From positions 11,284,001 to 11,348,000 of the forward strand of contig OZ193909.1 of assembly GCA_964276515.1 (NCBI GenBank): DNA of 64,000 nucleotides. Direction: 5' to 3'. The notes below the pieces were generated by a model that was given only the letters and a program-made list of their open reading frames with translations, was not told the origin of the DNA and did no database searches. A program made the translations under genes and the position numbers. Shown piece by piece: positions 12,341 to 36,776 of the stretch. Position 1 is the first letter of the stretch. Each line of letters starts with the position of its first letter. This stretch comes from Gordius albopunctatus. Its lineage: Eukaryota.

Positions 12341-13146
12341 AGCTAATCTATTAATCAAGATACAACCAATCGGTCCATTTAATTTACTCAAACCACATGT
12401 TTCTGGGCTTAACAAAGATGAGTTGGCACCCATCAAACTGAAATTTATAATTGGAGATAAATTGTGGGTTAGTACTTTTACAACTAATGAAAACTTATGG
12501 CTAACGGGGAAAATAGCAAATGTCTTAGGCCCAGTATCGTACATGGTCGAAATGGATAATTGTGCGTTATGGAAACGACATGGTGATCATATTAGGAAGT
12601 CTTTAGATAACGCAGACAAACAAAACAATGAGGAAATTTTGGCTGACATTTCGAACCCTACAGCGGGTAATCAGCCACATAATGAAACCAGTGATTTACT
12701 TGACTACACCATTCCACAACAGATTAATCTTCCACACGATGAAGCCAGCGATAATATACCAGTTTCAATCACACCCCCACTCTCACCCCTAACCCAGCTT
12801 ACGGACTCACCGGAATCACCTATACCCTCACCCGAACTTACTGTCCGGCCCGGCGATCAACACAAATCTGAAAACCTGTAGAAAGATATGGAATAAATTA
12901 AGTGGGTAGGAGATGTTATAGCACGGCCACTCACTATTCAAATTAGATGTTATAACACGGCCACTCACTATTCAAAGACGTGATTATTAATTTTGCATCT
13001 ACGATAATTTGTATCCTTTCACCTTCACGCGTATCATCCCTCCATCACGCGTATCACCCCACTATCACGCAACCTTACCATATATATACTAAATTTATAT
13101 TTATTAGTTTCTTTAGTCCTTTTGTGATATTCCTAAAATACAATAC
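12341..13146 (+). mobile_element. Gypsy (Mag-like) 3' end: integrase C-terminal domain, polypurine tract and LTR
   Basis: GDKLWV..WLTGKIANVLGPVSYMVEM..WKRHGDHIR plus a Pro/Ser-rich tail; PPT aagtgggtaggaga followed by TGTTATA near 12914. Confidence 0.75.
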
Positions 13147-13779
13147 TGGGTGGCAAAGATTTTTGCCGATTGCGCATGGTATGATTTATACATTTGGTTT
13201 TTTACCGGAACGTCGCACGTGGTTTGATGAGAGGTAATACCATCGTAGTCAGGTCCAAGGTTACCTTTCATGGAGTTCATAGCTCCTAGGTGATTATGAT
13301 AGGCGGAGTTGCAGTTTATGCGAGATACGCCTGATGACAATTTTTTACACATAGTGATGTCGCTGGTGCCGTGTCGGCGTCGATAGCTGATGTGTGGTAT
13401 AGCGATGTCACCAATAATTTAACAGAAATATTGCTATTCTTATGGTCGAGAGGCTAGCAGATCTCATTGAGGAGCAGCTGAACGACTTAGGGTGGCGAAG
13501 ATGTTTAAGTCTCGCTCTCATGGGGGAAAACATGGAAATTACTTTGGGTTACGTTAAACTAAAACATTTTCTGAACCAAAGGACGTTCAAATATACTTGG
13601 TCCATCGTTAGCCATCGATGTGACGATACATTACAACTAACCACCCCCCCCCCCATAGCAAGCTCGATGGGGAAGTACAATCAAATTTTGGGTGAATCAA
13701 ATAAAATCGAAAAGACTTATTTAAAAGCCAAGCCAGATATGCAATTCGATACGTACGCCCGAACAAGAGACAAGTGAAA

Positions 13780-14010
13780 AACGTATGTGGTCAGAAACCC
13801 AGGTCCGACGACCGTTCTGAGAGAGAGTCAAAACTCGTGTCGGAGGAAGTTATCTTGAAGGGTATGGTGTTGTGGCTGCGCATGCGCAGTCACCTATGCA
13901 CAGGCTACCGTGCACAGTCTACCATGCGCGTCTTCCCTCTCTCCCCTCTCTCTACCTCACTTTGTTAAACGCGTGCTAATGCCAGCTGCGCTGGCAAGTT
14001 AAGCGTGCAT
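13780..14010 (+). mobile_element. Possible second LTR-element 3' end (PPT-like gaagggtatgg, then TGTTG LTR start)
   Basis: Purine-rich tract followed by TG; shares sequence with the repeats at 10067-10651. Confidence 0.4.
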
Positions 14011-14179
14011 TCATGAGATAATTGTACTTTAAAACACAGTTGATATTAAATTTGTTTCGTATAATGGTAATTTAGGATTGATAAAATGCGAGGGTGGAAA
14101 TGGGTTTAAATATTTCGGTCGTCCAGCAACCATTATCAATAAAAAAAAGTAAGTTACAGAGGTGAAAACGAAAAGGAAC

Positions 14180-16340
14180 ACGCTGGAATGCAATAGCTCT
14201 TCTGGTATGACCTTATATTTACGTACTTTTTTTAATTCCGTTCTTGATTTTAAGAGAAAGTCGAATGAAGACCAATTCCCACTTTTGAAGGTTATTTAGT
14301 AATTGACATTATTTTTGAAGAAAGTATTTTTGATGGCCAGATCAAATGCTATAGCTATATTCAATATTTTTGAGCCTTCATCGTTCCTTGACCAGTACCA
14401 TTTCAACCACGGTACCGTTCAAATTCTTCTCTTGTTTTGCCTATGTGATCGTTCATATAAGTTCCAATAGGGATGGATATTTTCCCGGAAAATTTGCTTA
14501 AGGGAAAATTTACTGGAAAATACGGGAAATAATGGGAAAAACAAGAAATTAAGGGGAAATAACGAACAAGACAGGCAAATTAGTATAAAAAAATGTTCAT
14601 GAGTATGATTAAGATTAATAAAATTTATTAGTCAAACAATATAAAGAAGCAAATACAAGAAAATCATTAAATAGCCAATGCTAATTTTTCATCTAATTTC
14701 TCTTGCTGAGTTTGGGTCATGCTATCACATACCTAATAATATTGGATGTTGATGGTTTTGGGTCACATGAAGCAGATGTTTGTTGTATAGGGCATTTTTC
14801 AAGCATTACCTCACAAATTGATGATTGTGGAGAGGGGGGCATTAAGAAAACTTCTTGACAATTCTTTTCCTTTATAAAATCTGGTCACTTAGCTATATGA
14901 TTTGTCATTTTGGTTGAGTTTGGAAATGTATATTTTAAGTTGCAATAATTGCAAACAGCAATACAACCTCTCTTATTTAAGGATAAATGTTTAGAAAAAT
15001 GTTTCCAAATGTCAGATGTTTTTCTTGGAATCTATTAGTCAAAAAAATAAGTTTAATAATATTAAATTTTTACATTTATTGTTTTCAAAGGATTACAGAT
15101 TATTTTTACCAGAATTGTGTGTAAATTCAGTTTAAATAAAATGTAGAAATTTTAATTTAGTTAGATATAACAAATACTTCTATATCAAAAAACTAAATAC
15201 TAGCATAAAATAAATATCTATTTAAGATTACTTAATTTGAAGTTGGTAAAAATATTTTTACAGTTAATGGCAATAAAAATATAATAGATTTTGCTAAATA
15301 TTTTAAATATTCAAGCATATGTAAATTTACCTGTTAATATAACTTAAAAGCTTATCTAGGATTATTGTAATAATTAATTTAAGTGTAGATTGCAAATTCT
15401 CTAATGTTAAATAACAAGTTGATATATAATATTTTCAGATTTAGAGTAAAATGGCAATATAAAATTTAAATGATTTTGCTAAACATTAAATTAAATTTAC
15501 AAACATGGTAAATTTACCTTATATGGAAAGAATTTTACACTAGAGAACTAATTGTTAATGTAACTATAAGGGTATATTGTTTTAATTGAGTGTAGATCGC
15601 AAAATCTTTTAAGTTAACAACTAGATGTTAATAGTATTTAAGCAAATTTTCACAAATTATAAATTAGGAAATATTTAAAATAGTGGTTACCACGAGGTAA
15701 ATATGAAATTAAAGTAAATTAAAATAATATATAACTTAAATTAGATCATACATATTTGATTAAAAAATATATTTTTTAGGGGAATTTTTTCCCCAGGGAA
15801 GTTTCCCGGGAAAATATGGGAAATTTCCCCGGAAAAATTCCCATTGTGCCATCCCTAGTTCCAATTATAATTATCTCGGATCTAGTCAAAATTAATCTTT
15901 TTCCTCATGTGTGCATCCTGTGTGCGCAGCATAACCGGACACCACCTTAATATTTGACCTTATATGCAAAGTTTAACATCGCAAGTCGGCCCCTTTTTAG
16001 TTTTATCGCAGGGACTTTATCTTGGCAAAGCTAATTGTCAGCCTTTATACTCGTTTTCAAATTATTGAAACAATGTTTATACCCTTCACCAGTCATTCTG
16101 GCTTTTGCTACTATTTATCTTGTTACGTCGCATGCTGAGGGTGTCAGCACCTTCTTATTATTTTGCAGTTGTGGTTTCAACATTTGGCGAGACCACTCTC
16201 AATCTTGTTTTTAGCAAACTAAATTCTTTAACTAGATCCGTTCGCTGAAGATGTAGTGATCCTCCTCCACTTTTCACATGATAGAGCGCCTACCATCCGC
16301 AGGTTTATATAAAATGACCTAGGGCTTTCATGGCTTTTAT
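14180..16340 (-). pseudogene. Highly decayed RTE endonuclease region interrupted by a hAT derivative
   Basis: Colinear with 45500-46260 (GYAAHTGCT, NDHIGKTRE, LAIKNTFFK-like motifs). Confidence 0.7.
14468..15857 (-). mobile_element. Non-autonomous hAT element with BED zinc-finger remnant
   Basis: TIR tagggatgg...ccatcccta, duplicated target gttccaat; minus strand about 14885-15030 reads PRKTSDIWKHF..AVCNYCNLKY..TKMTNHIAK. Confidence 0.8.
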
Positions 16341-16390
16341 CATTGTGAACAATTATATATAGGATTTGAAGAAGGGGGACAATTTTGAAT

Positions 16391-16461
16391 CAGTGCAAAA
16401 GCGGGATTGAACCCGCTCTAGCTTCAAGGACAAAGCCTATACTGACTACACCATACCATCA
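16391..16461 (-). other. Degenerate tRNA-derived (SINE-head-like) sequence
   Basis: Minus strand has A-box-like tggtgtagtcag and B-box gcgggttcaatcccgc; no intact cloverleaf. Confidence 0.4.
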
Positions 16462-17655
16462 TGCCCCCATAAAACTTATTGTGGCCCTGCATAATTTTTC
16501 CATTGAGACTCTCTTGACCCGATGTACTTATTTGTAATAGCCTCACCCTAGTCCAAAATTTAAATTTGTTGATGGTGATTAATTTTTTAAATATCATTCG
16601 TATTTTACTTACGATAAATTGATTGTTTTGAGAGTTAGTTTAAAGCCAGGATAGTAATGGTTAAGAAATAAAGAAAACCCCAATTTATTTAATTTAAATA
16701 TTTTAATCCAGCTTTAGAATAAAAAAATTTGAAATACAGGAGCTTTTTGAATTATTTAATTACAATAAATTTAATATAAAAGGGTATAATGTTTTACTAT
16801 ATTCCATTTGGTACACGTTCGTTTATATTCAATGAGAAGCTGTATAAGGTTTATATTTAGAAGAAGGAACTGTTATATATCTGAATATTGTATTTTAATA
16901 TTTATACTAAATGAGACTATCAATTTGTTTCGTACTTAAGAATTACCCTTTGTTCTATTTTTATATGATTCTTTTTTTGTCTCGCGCTTCCATGAATGAT
17001 TAAAAAACTCCATTTATAACAGGAACTAGTTCTGTTAAAGTGTATTTTTGAGATAAAACTAGTTTCAGATGTATTTTAAGCTTTGTTTTATTCAGTAATA
17101 TATAAAAATGTATTACTTCTGTATATACCTTTGATTTCTAAATTGCTTAGAGTCAAGGTTGAATCAAAAAATAGCTTATTGGTTAATAAAGTTTAACTAA
17201 TTTTCACATTATTTGGACATTATTCGAAAATAAGTATAGCATTCCTTTTATGATGCATTTATTCTACCGTTATACGTAAATAAAGCAATTAAAAATTCAA
17301 ACAGCCTTTAATTTATGGCTCATGTAAAAGACTTTAGAAACACGTAATTAATTAAGGTTTTCAGAAAAAAGCATTACAGCCCTAAATAATTTGTAAACAT
17401 GTTACACTTTTGGCTAAAAACCATCTGCTCTTATTTTTTATAAAGCAAATCTTTTAAGTTTCAGCTTAATTTAATTTTCTAACTTAATTTATAAATCAAT
17501 TTTACGTATAAATTGTAGGTTAAATGTAAATAAAGCTTTGCGTCACGATACCCAAATGGCATGAGATGCAAAAAAATCTCACGTTATCTTCCGTTAAGTC
17601 ACCTGATTTTTCGAAGTGCGCTCATAATTTTTATTGCTCGATAAATTGCTCTACC

Positions 17656-29603
<11,948 letters not shown>

Positions 29604-31839
29604 TTTTCATATTGCCCTCTTTTTATTCCTAGTCTCGTCTTTGTTACCTTTTTATTTTGATCCATTGTGATACCTTTTTATTTAGTCAATTTTTATTGTT
29701 ATCATACAGCATCCCACATCTTTTTCATTGTTGATAAGTGTTTTTACTAAGTACAGCCTTTCAGTTTTTATTCCTTGTCACCGTATTTATTTTTAACAAC
29801 CCACTTGCACAAGAATAAAATTCATCATATGTTTTGTTTTTATCTATTTTGTGCCTTAAATAAATTTTAATTATAGAGCATCGGCTTTTTATTCGTCTTT
29901 CTGGTTAGTTGAGTTGGCGACAACCTTTTTGTATCAATAACTTGTTATGTAAACACTTCAGATCTACATGGTGATCAGATTTGTAATGGGTCGAAAATCA
30001 TGGATAGTAAGACGGAAAAAGCTTTTTTAACCAACTACCTATCTTTTAGAATAATGTTATAATAGAAATTTTTTGAAATTAGATTAATACCGAAAAATCT
30101 TGAAAAGATGCCAAAATATTTAAATCTCCTAGCCCCTTTCTACGCCTTCCTCACGCAAAACAACCGTACCTTTAATATTGACAGCGCTTGCCACAAGCTG
30201 CACATCCAGACCCTTCCAACTTAAGTCCCCTTATACTTACCACCGGGTATGCGGATCAAATTTTTTTTATCCAAGGGGTTTTTGAAAAATTTTATATCCC
30301 ATCCGATCCGAAATTTTTTAATTAAAATTTTACGAACAGAACTTTTTATTGATGATTAAATTCAAAATACATAAAAATAAGGTATAGCAATTTTAATAGA
30401 CCTGAAATAAATATAAAATTTTATTTGACTAATTCAATATTATAAAAATAATGAATCTAAATTTTCTGGTTTAATTCGCGTTCTTCTAATTTTCTTCCAG
30501 CCACCGAGAAATTTCTTTCCGAAGTGGTAGAGGTATAGCTAAAACTTTATTTGCCAGCTTATAAAGCCTTGGCAGCACTGTTTGATATGAAACCCACCAT
30601 TTCTTTTTTTGAATCATTTGCAATCTTCATTTTTTAACGAAAGGTAAATTGAGATTTCATCGGGGGCTTTATCTTCTTCCTGTTCATCTTCCCATTGATT
30701 AACTATTTTAAAATATAAATTAAATAATTTATTTTATGTAAAAAAGATATATACATATTTAATTGTATGTTAATTTCTTTTTTGTCTTTTTTTTGAGGCT
30801 GACTATCACTACTAACTTGCCGCATAATTTTCAATCTCAGTTGCAGAATCTACCAAAAAATCCTTAGACGCTAGTGTGGATCTTTTTTCATTAATTACGC
30901 CTACTCGTTCATTTGGGTGGAGCATCCTGAGTTGGCGATAATTTGGGCATAAAAATGGCAATTTTATGTTGTTGAGTGATTAGAAATTTTGACTTGAGGG
31001 TAGTACAAATATCTTTTTTAAGATAATTAATTTCATGATGTTCTTAAATCATCAGTTTGCTCGTGGTCTGATTGTGAAAGATCACTGAATAATTGGTAAT
31101 ATTGAATCAATATATTGTGAAAGGTTGGTTGTTGATCAGCTTCCAGAACTAAAGAAGCCGTTTTAAACGGCCGGAGTACTTCTATTAGTTTGGTCAGCAA
31201 ATTTTTATCAATCACATCTATGTGGTCAGTTCCTTATACTCTTTCGATATGCTCTCAAACATCTCGAGTCTGGAGTTCAATCTTGTTTCTATTGCTTGAT
31301 GCAATGTATGATTTAAATATTTATTTTTGCCACTTTGCTTCATATATGTCGTTGGCTTTTTGCATGCTTCTATCAAGGCATTAACCTGAGCTGAGGGTAT
31401 AGTACTGTATTCAGTAAATGGGACGTGCAATTCATTCGCTTATGATTTTGCAAGGCTTTGACCATGTTAGAGCCCTGATTGGTAACTTAAGTTATCAATC
31501 TCATTTATTCCGTAGGGATGTGAAGTTTTTCAAAATTTACAGATATTTCTCTTAAAATATTTTCCCCTGTTTTTTTTCTTCAACATCTATTTTTGAAGTG
31601 AAAAGAATAAACTCGGGCCTTCGGCCCTCGTGGGAAGGGGGGAGGGGAGGGGGAACTCATCTACACTCCGTATAAATGTATCATATTTGCTATGCAATTT
31701 ATGGAAATACTTACGTGAATATTGCAAAACGAAGGTTGGAAGCACTAAATAAGTGTATATGCCAAATATCATAAAGGGGGAGAGAGGGAGCGAAGGGGAA
31801 GCTTTATGGTTAGTTAAATTCTACGGGAGTTGTATTACC

Positions 31840-32660
31840 AAAAAGTCATAATAGCAATGGTAGAAACAGGAACAATCATAATAGTCAAAAAAAACGAAAA
31901 AAAAATTTTCGAATCACATTTTGGCCAAAGGTCATTTTTTTCCATTGGTCAGCAGCCAGGACACGGTAAAAGTGGATATAAATTCATAATAGTCAAAAAA
32001 AACGAAAAAAAAGTTTTCGAATCACATTTTGGCCAATGGTTATTTTATTCCATTGGTCAGCAGCCAGCGGACGGCCAAAAACTCATAATAGCAATGGTAG
32101 GAACAGGAACAATCATAATAGTAAAAAAAAACGGAAAAAATAATTTCGATTCACATTTTGGCCAATGGTCATTTTTTTCAATTGGTCAGCAGCCAGGACA
32201 CGGTAAAAGTGGATATAAATTCATAACAGTCAAAAAAAACGAAAAAAAAATTTTCGAATCACATTTTGGCCAATGGTCATTTTATTCCATTGGTCAGCAG
32301 CCAGCGGACGGCCAAAAAGTCATAATAGCAATGGTAGGAACAGGAACAATCATAATAGTCAAAAAAAACGAAAAAAATATTTTCGATTCACATTTTGGCC
32401 AATGGTCATTTTTTCCATCGGTCAGGAGCCAGCGGACGGCCAAAAAGTCATAATAGCAATGGTAGGAACAGGAACAATCATAATAGTCAATGGTAGGAAC
32501 AGGAACAATCATAATAGTCAAAAAAAACGAAAAAATAAACTCGGATACACATTTTGGCCAATGGTCATTTTTTTCATTGGTCAGCAGCCAGCGGACGGCC
32601 AAAAAGTCTTATTATCAATGATAGTAACAAGAACAATCATAAGAGTCAAAAAAAACTCCG
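31840..32660. repeat. Tandem array with alternating 108/129-bp monomers (237-bp higher-order unit)
   Basis: cacattttggccaa at about 31915, 32023, 32152, 32260, 32389, 32549. Confidence 0.92.
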
Positions 32661-32709
32661 GGATTCTAACCCAAAAACTAGATAAATTGCATAGCAATTA
32701 TTAAAAAGT

Positions 32710-33520
32710 ATAGGGTAATTATCAATGTTAACCTATTCAAAAACGAACAAAAAATTTCGATTTATTTGGCCAATGGTAGTTTTTTCATTGGTCAGTAGCC
32801 TGCGGACGGTCAGAATGTCATATTATTAATGGTATTAACAAGAACAAAATATTAATTTAATTTAAAAAAATAAACAAATTTTGTCCTCTCCGGGTCTCGA
32901 ACCATCAATTTAGAACGTTCGCCGGGATTCAAACCCACATTAAATAGAGGCATAAGCCTTTGGAGGGGAACAGGGAACCATATAAATAGAGCCATAGGCC
33001 CTTGTAGGGGAGGGCATAGGGTAATTATCAATGTTAAACTATTCAAAAACGAAAAATTAAAAATTTCGATTTATCTGGCCAGTGGTCATTTTTTCATTGG
33101 TCAGTAGCCTGCGGACGGTCAAAAATTCATATTATCAATGATATTAACAAGAACAATATATTAATTTAATTTAAAAAAAAATAAAAATTTTTGTCCTCTC
33201 CGGGTCTCGAACCATCAATTTAGAACGTTCGCCGGGATTCAAACCCACATTAAATAGAGGCATAAGCCTTTGGAGGGGAACAGGGAACCATATAAATAGA
33301 GCCATAGGCCCTTGTAGGGGAGGGCATAGGGTAATTATCAATGTTAAACTATTCAAAAACGAAAAATTAAAAATTTCAATTTATCTGGCCAGTGGTCATT
33401 TTTTCATTGGTCAGTAGCCTGCGGACGGTCAAAAAGTCATATTATCAATGGTATTAACAAGAACAAAATATTAATTTAATTTAAAAAAAAAAAATTTTTG
33501 TCCTCTCCGGGTCTCGAACC
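32710..33520. repeat. About 310-bp tandem repeat, about 2.6 copies
   Basis: atagggtaattatcaatgttaa at about 32710, 33016, 33326; duplicated ORFs in the track. Confidence 0.92.
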
Positions 33521-33550
33521 CGCAACCTCCAGGTCGGGAAGCTGGTGTAA
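33499..33550 (-). pseudogene. tRNA-derived 3' half (anticodon arm, variable loop, T arm)
   Basis: Minus strand ccagc-ttcccga-cctgg aggtt gcggg-ttcgaga-cccgg; 5' half absent. Confidence 0.55.
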
Positions 33551-34265
33551 ATAACTTGGTGGACGGACGGACGGACAACCAAAAACGAGCCCATAAATTG
33601 CATAGCAATTAATACTTATGTAGGATTCCGAGGGATATATAATGTAAAGAAAATGTTAAGTAGTTTATTTTCACAAAGTCATCTGTTGAGAGGTCGAGAG
33701 TGGCTGAACATGATTTTACTTTTAAATGGGGAAGTAACTTTAATATGAATGCTCCTCTACTTACATCTGCAAGTTTTGCTGAGTCCTATCTTAAAGTAAT
33801 TCATCAAAGTTTATATGACCATTAATAGCACCAATATTCAGAGCTTCTTGGAGCATTGCTCTCTAAATCAATCCTTCCCCGTTAACGATTGAAAACGGTC
33901 GAATATCTTTTGAAATAAAATAAATTAGATGCTTTTCAAAAAAACTTTTTAATTTTGTGATTTCAGCGAGAGGTTTGGTAACAAATTTGTCAATTGTATT
34001 TTTAGCTTAAGTTTTTGGAATACATTTATGATGCAAAAGATGGGAACTACCTCGAATGGAATTATATGTGTAGATATGATGGCATTTCTTGCAGATAACA
34101 TAACCGGTGTATGTATCATTTTCATTTAGAAGGTCAATGTAACTCCAAATTTGACTTTTTCCCTCTTCTTTTTCAACTTGTTGAAGCAAAATTCTTTTAA
34201 ATTTTTTTATTATTTCTTCCATGACGGGTTTTAATATGATAAACAATATTGTTGTATTTTCTAGC

Positions 34266-34549
34266 TGTTACGAATCCCAATGATTATTTTCAACACCTCC
34301 CCATTATTTTTTCCCCTCAAGTCAGCATGACTCACACCATCTCGTCAACGACAATACCCCTGCACCATGGAGATTGCTTCTAAGAAGGCAAGCTATATCA
34401 TTCATGATTACCCGGAATCAAGAGGGAAAGGATCACACGTGTGCTTTAAGGAAAGGGGAGATTGTGATTGATGATTTTCTGAGTTGAGTTGAGATAGAAA
34501 GAGATGCGTGTGCTAAAAAGGAAACGGGAGATGCGATTTATCATTGACA
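34266..34549. mobile_element. Solo LTR (284 bp)
   Basis: TG...CA termini (tgttac...ttgaca) with 5-bp TSD ctagc on both sides. Confidence 0.8.
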
Positions 34550-34826
34550 CTAGCTCCTTTCTCGCCAAACAAGAAAGTCTAGCTAGGGAAATACTGATAA
34601 ATATGTTGGGTAAGTAAGGTGAGAGGTGGTATTGGGCATCAAAAATGGTAAAGTAAAAAAAGAATGCAAAGATAATTATGAAAAGGTATACTAAAAATTA
34701 TTAATTTAATTAATTAGAACTTATTATTGTTTATTTTAAATATGAAAATCCGATCCGACTAAAATAAAATTTTGATCCGATCTGAGTTCGGGCGGATCGG
34801 ATCGGATTGATCCGTGCACACCTCTA

Positions 34827-35132
34827 ACACAGATGCATCAAACGAACATATTGGCATCGTGACTCCAAACAGAGAACTCCATATCATTCACGGATGCCGC
34901 CGCAGCCACGAACTTTACATATCCCGCGTATGGTCACATCACGTTAGCCGAAACCATTGCCGCTCTTTACGTGTTCCTGGTATCCAAATTCGAAGGAGAT
35001 CCTTTCCCAAGAATTTGAACGGATTCGACTACAGCCTATTACATACTCTCTCATATGTTTATTGTTTATATATAGTTTAAAAATAATAAACGCTGTGGGG
35101 GACAGTAGGGCTTGCCCTGCCTGAACCCACAG
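34827..35132 (+). mobile_element. Putative non-LTR retrotransposon 3' end (ORF tail, aataaa, terminal stem-loop)
   Basis: GC-richer coding-like tail ending ...ALYVFLVSKFEGDPFPRI*, then aataaa and the hairpin ctgtggg...gtagggc-tt-gccctgc...cccacag; may continue from 30130-30240 on the other side of the hAT. Family not identified. Confidence 0.35.
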
Positions 35133-36776
35133 ACCTCCCCGTGCCGGGAGTGGGTAATTTGCGCGCCTGCTGCCTTCCTTGGATTGGTAGCCGTTTCTCA
35201 GGCTCTCTCTCTCCGGAATCGAACCCTGATTCTCCGTTACCCGTTACGACCATGGTAGGCGCATAACCTACCATAGACAGTTGATAAGGTAGACATTTGA
35301 AAGATACGTCGCCGGTACGAGACCGTGCGATCGGCACAAAGTTATCCAGAGTCACCAAAAACGTTAGTTTTTGTTCTAATAAAAGCGGTCGGACCTCGCG
35401 ATTCGACTCTTTAGCATGTATTAGCTCTAGAATTACCACAGTTATCCATGTGGGTTGTACGATCTAATAAACCATAACTGTGATTTAATGAGCCATTCGC
35501 GGTTTAGCTAAATTAGTTTATACTTATACATGCATGGCTTAATCTTTGAGACTAGTGATGCGGAAAAACCGAGAAAAATCTCGGTCGACGAGAATTTTGA
35601 TATCGAGGCGAGACAATACGAGATTTTTTCGGCGAGATCTCGACTTTTTTTTCGTTAGATTTTAGCAAATTATTGTGTATTTTGATTTGCATGATTTACA
35701 TTTAAGATATTATGTGTAAATCAATATGTATAGAATAGATTTGACATTAAAAAAATTCCTGTAAATATTATATTTTTTGCAGCATTTACCTAAGTATGGT
35801 TGTCATTTAGGGTATGTGAATAATTTTATAATATCTTTATCACATATTTAAATACATAGCATTATTAAATATTACAAAATTATAGGCTTAGAATGAGTTT
35901 GGATTGAATAGTAAATACTACTAAATCAAATTTTAATTTCGCAGTTACTCATCCTGCATAATGCTGTAATTATAAATTGATAGTCAATCAATTTGAATAA
36001 ATAAACTAGTTAAGCTAAGGTGGCTCGAGATTTTTGAGAACCTGCCTAACGATTTCAAAAGTACAATAGAGTATTTAATGACACCGTAATAGATTAAATC
36101 TAAAGCATGAGTTTTCTAGAAGGTTTTATGCTTCAACTATATTCAATAAATAACTATTTAGTGTCAAAGTTAGTTAGAATTGGAAGATAATAATTTGGAA
36201 TATAAATTTGATTATAATGATTTTTGTCATAAATTTAAATACGTGCGATTTAAAGTATAAAACCTTATGTGGACTTAAATGTTTGCCTTAAATATGTTAA
36301 AGTCTACTTTCAAGCTTTAGCCAGTGTTAAAAAAGGGTCTCAATTTGCTAAATTGTGCAACTAAGTCAACTATAACCGAACTTATTATTTTCTAAGTCTA
36401 TATAGTTGACAAACAGAGTGATTTGATAGAAATGTTACAATTTGCTAGAACAATAAAATTTAATTTTCTATACTTCAAATTTATTTATTGATTTTAGTCT
36501 GCACTTTTTATAGAAAATGTTATTTTTTGAATGAATTCATATCTTTATATCAACAATGAGATGTCGTGTCCCGCTAAATCTCTAAAAAGTTTGTGTATTA
36601 AAGTTTATCAAAAAATATAAAAATTTGCCATTTTAATTTTTTAACACTTATTTAATATTTCTAATGAAACAGGAGAAATTTTTATTCCGTATATATTTTT
36701 TTAAAAAATCGAGTCGAGACGAGATCGAAACACTATTTGAGACAAGTATATGACTACTGGCAGGATCAACCAGGTT
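35133..36776 (-). rRNA. 18S rRNA pseudogene fragment (about 450 nt from the mature 5' end), split by a MITE
   Basis: Minus strand starts aacctggttgatcctgccagtagtcatat and includes gattaagccatgcatg, ggataactgtggtaattctagagctaatac, gggttcgattccggagag, cagcaggcgcgcaaattacccactcccggcacggggaggt; small indels. Confidence 0.96.
35553..36735. mobile_element. hAT-type MITE inserted in the 18S fragment
   Basis: Termini tagtgatgcg...cgaaacacta; 8-bp TSD tttgagac (35545-35552 and 36736-36743). Confidence 0.88.

Larger units (their letters stand above)
31589..33612 (-). mobile_element. Helentron/DINE-1-like non-autonomous element with internal tandem arrays
   Basis: Hairpin gggcc-ttc-ggccc (31615-31627) near one end; 18-bp subterminal inverted repeat ttgctatgcaatttatgg (31687-31704 and 33591-33608); (ggac)n microsatellite; no TSD found. 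Confidence 0.6.
30245..34826 (-). mobile_element. Decayed Hermes/Ac-like hAT transposon (transposase pseudogene) with nested insertions
   Basis: BED finger (IWSY..VICKKCHHIY..SSHLLHHKC, 34007-34246), KDIRPFSIV, ETRLNSRLEM, EVLRPFKTASLVLEADQQPT and dimerisation-domain remnants; right TIR gatccgtgcacacctcta, left end eroded. Confidence 0.85.

Noticed and set aside
31830..32704. Repetitive 207-aa and 143-aa ORFs; array superficially CRISPR-like
   Set aside because: The ORFs are by-products of a tandem repeat; there are no unique spacers or cas genes, and the context is eukaryotic.
35077..35439. 120-aa minus-strand ORF
   Set aside because: Spurious translation of 18S rRNA sequence.
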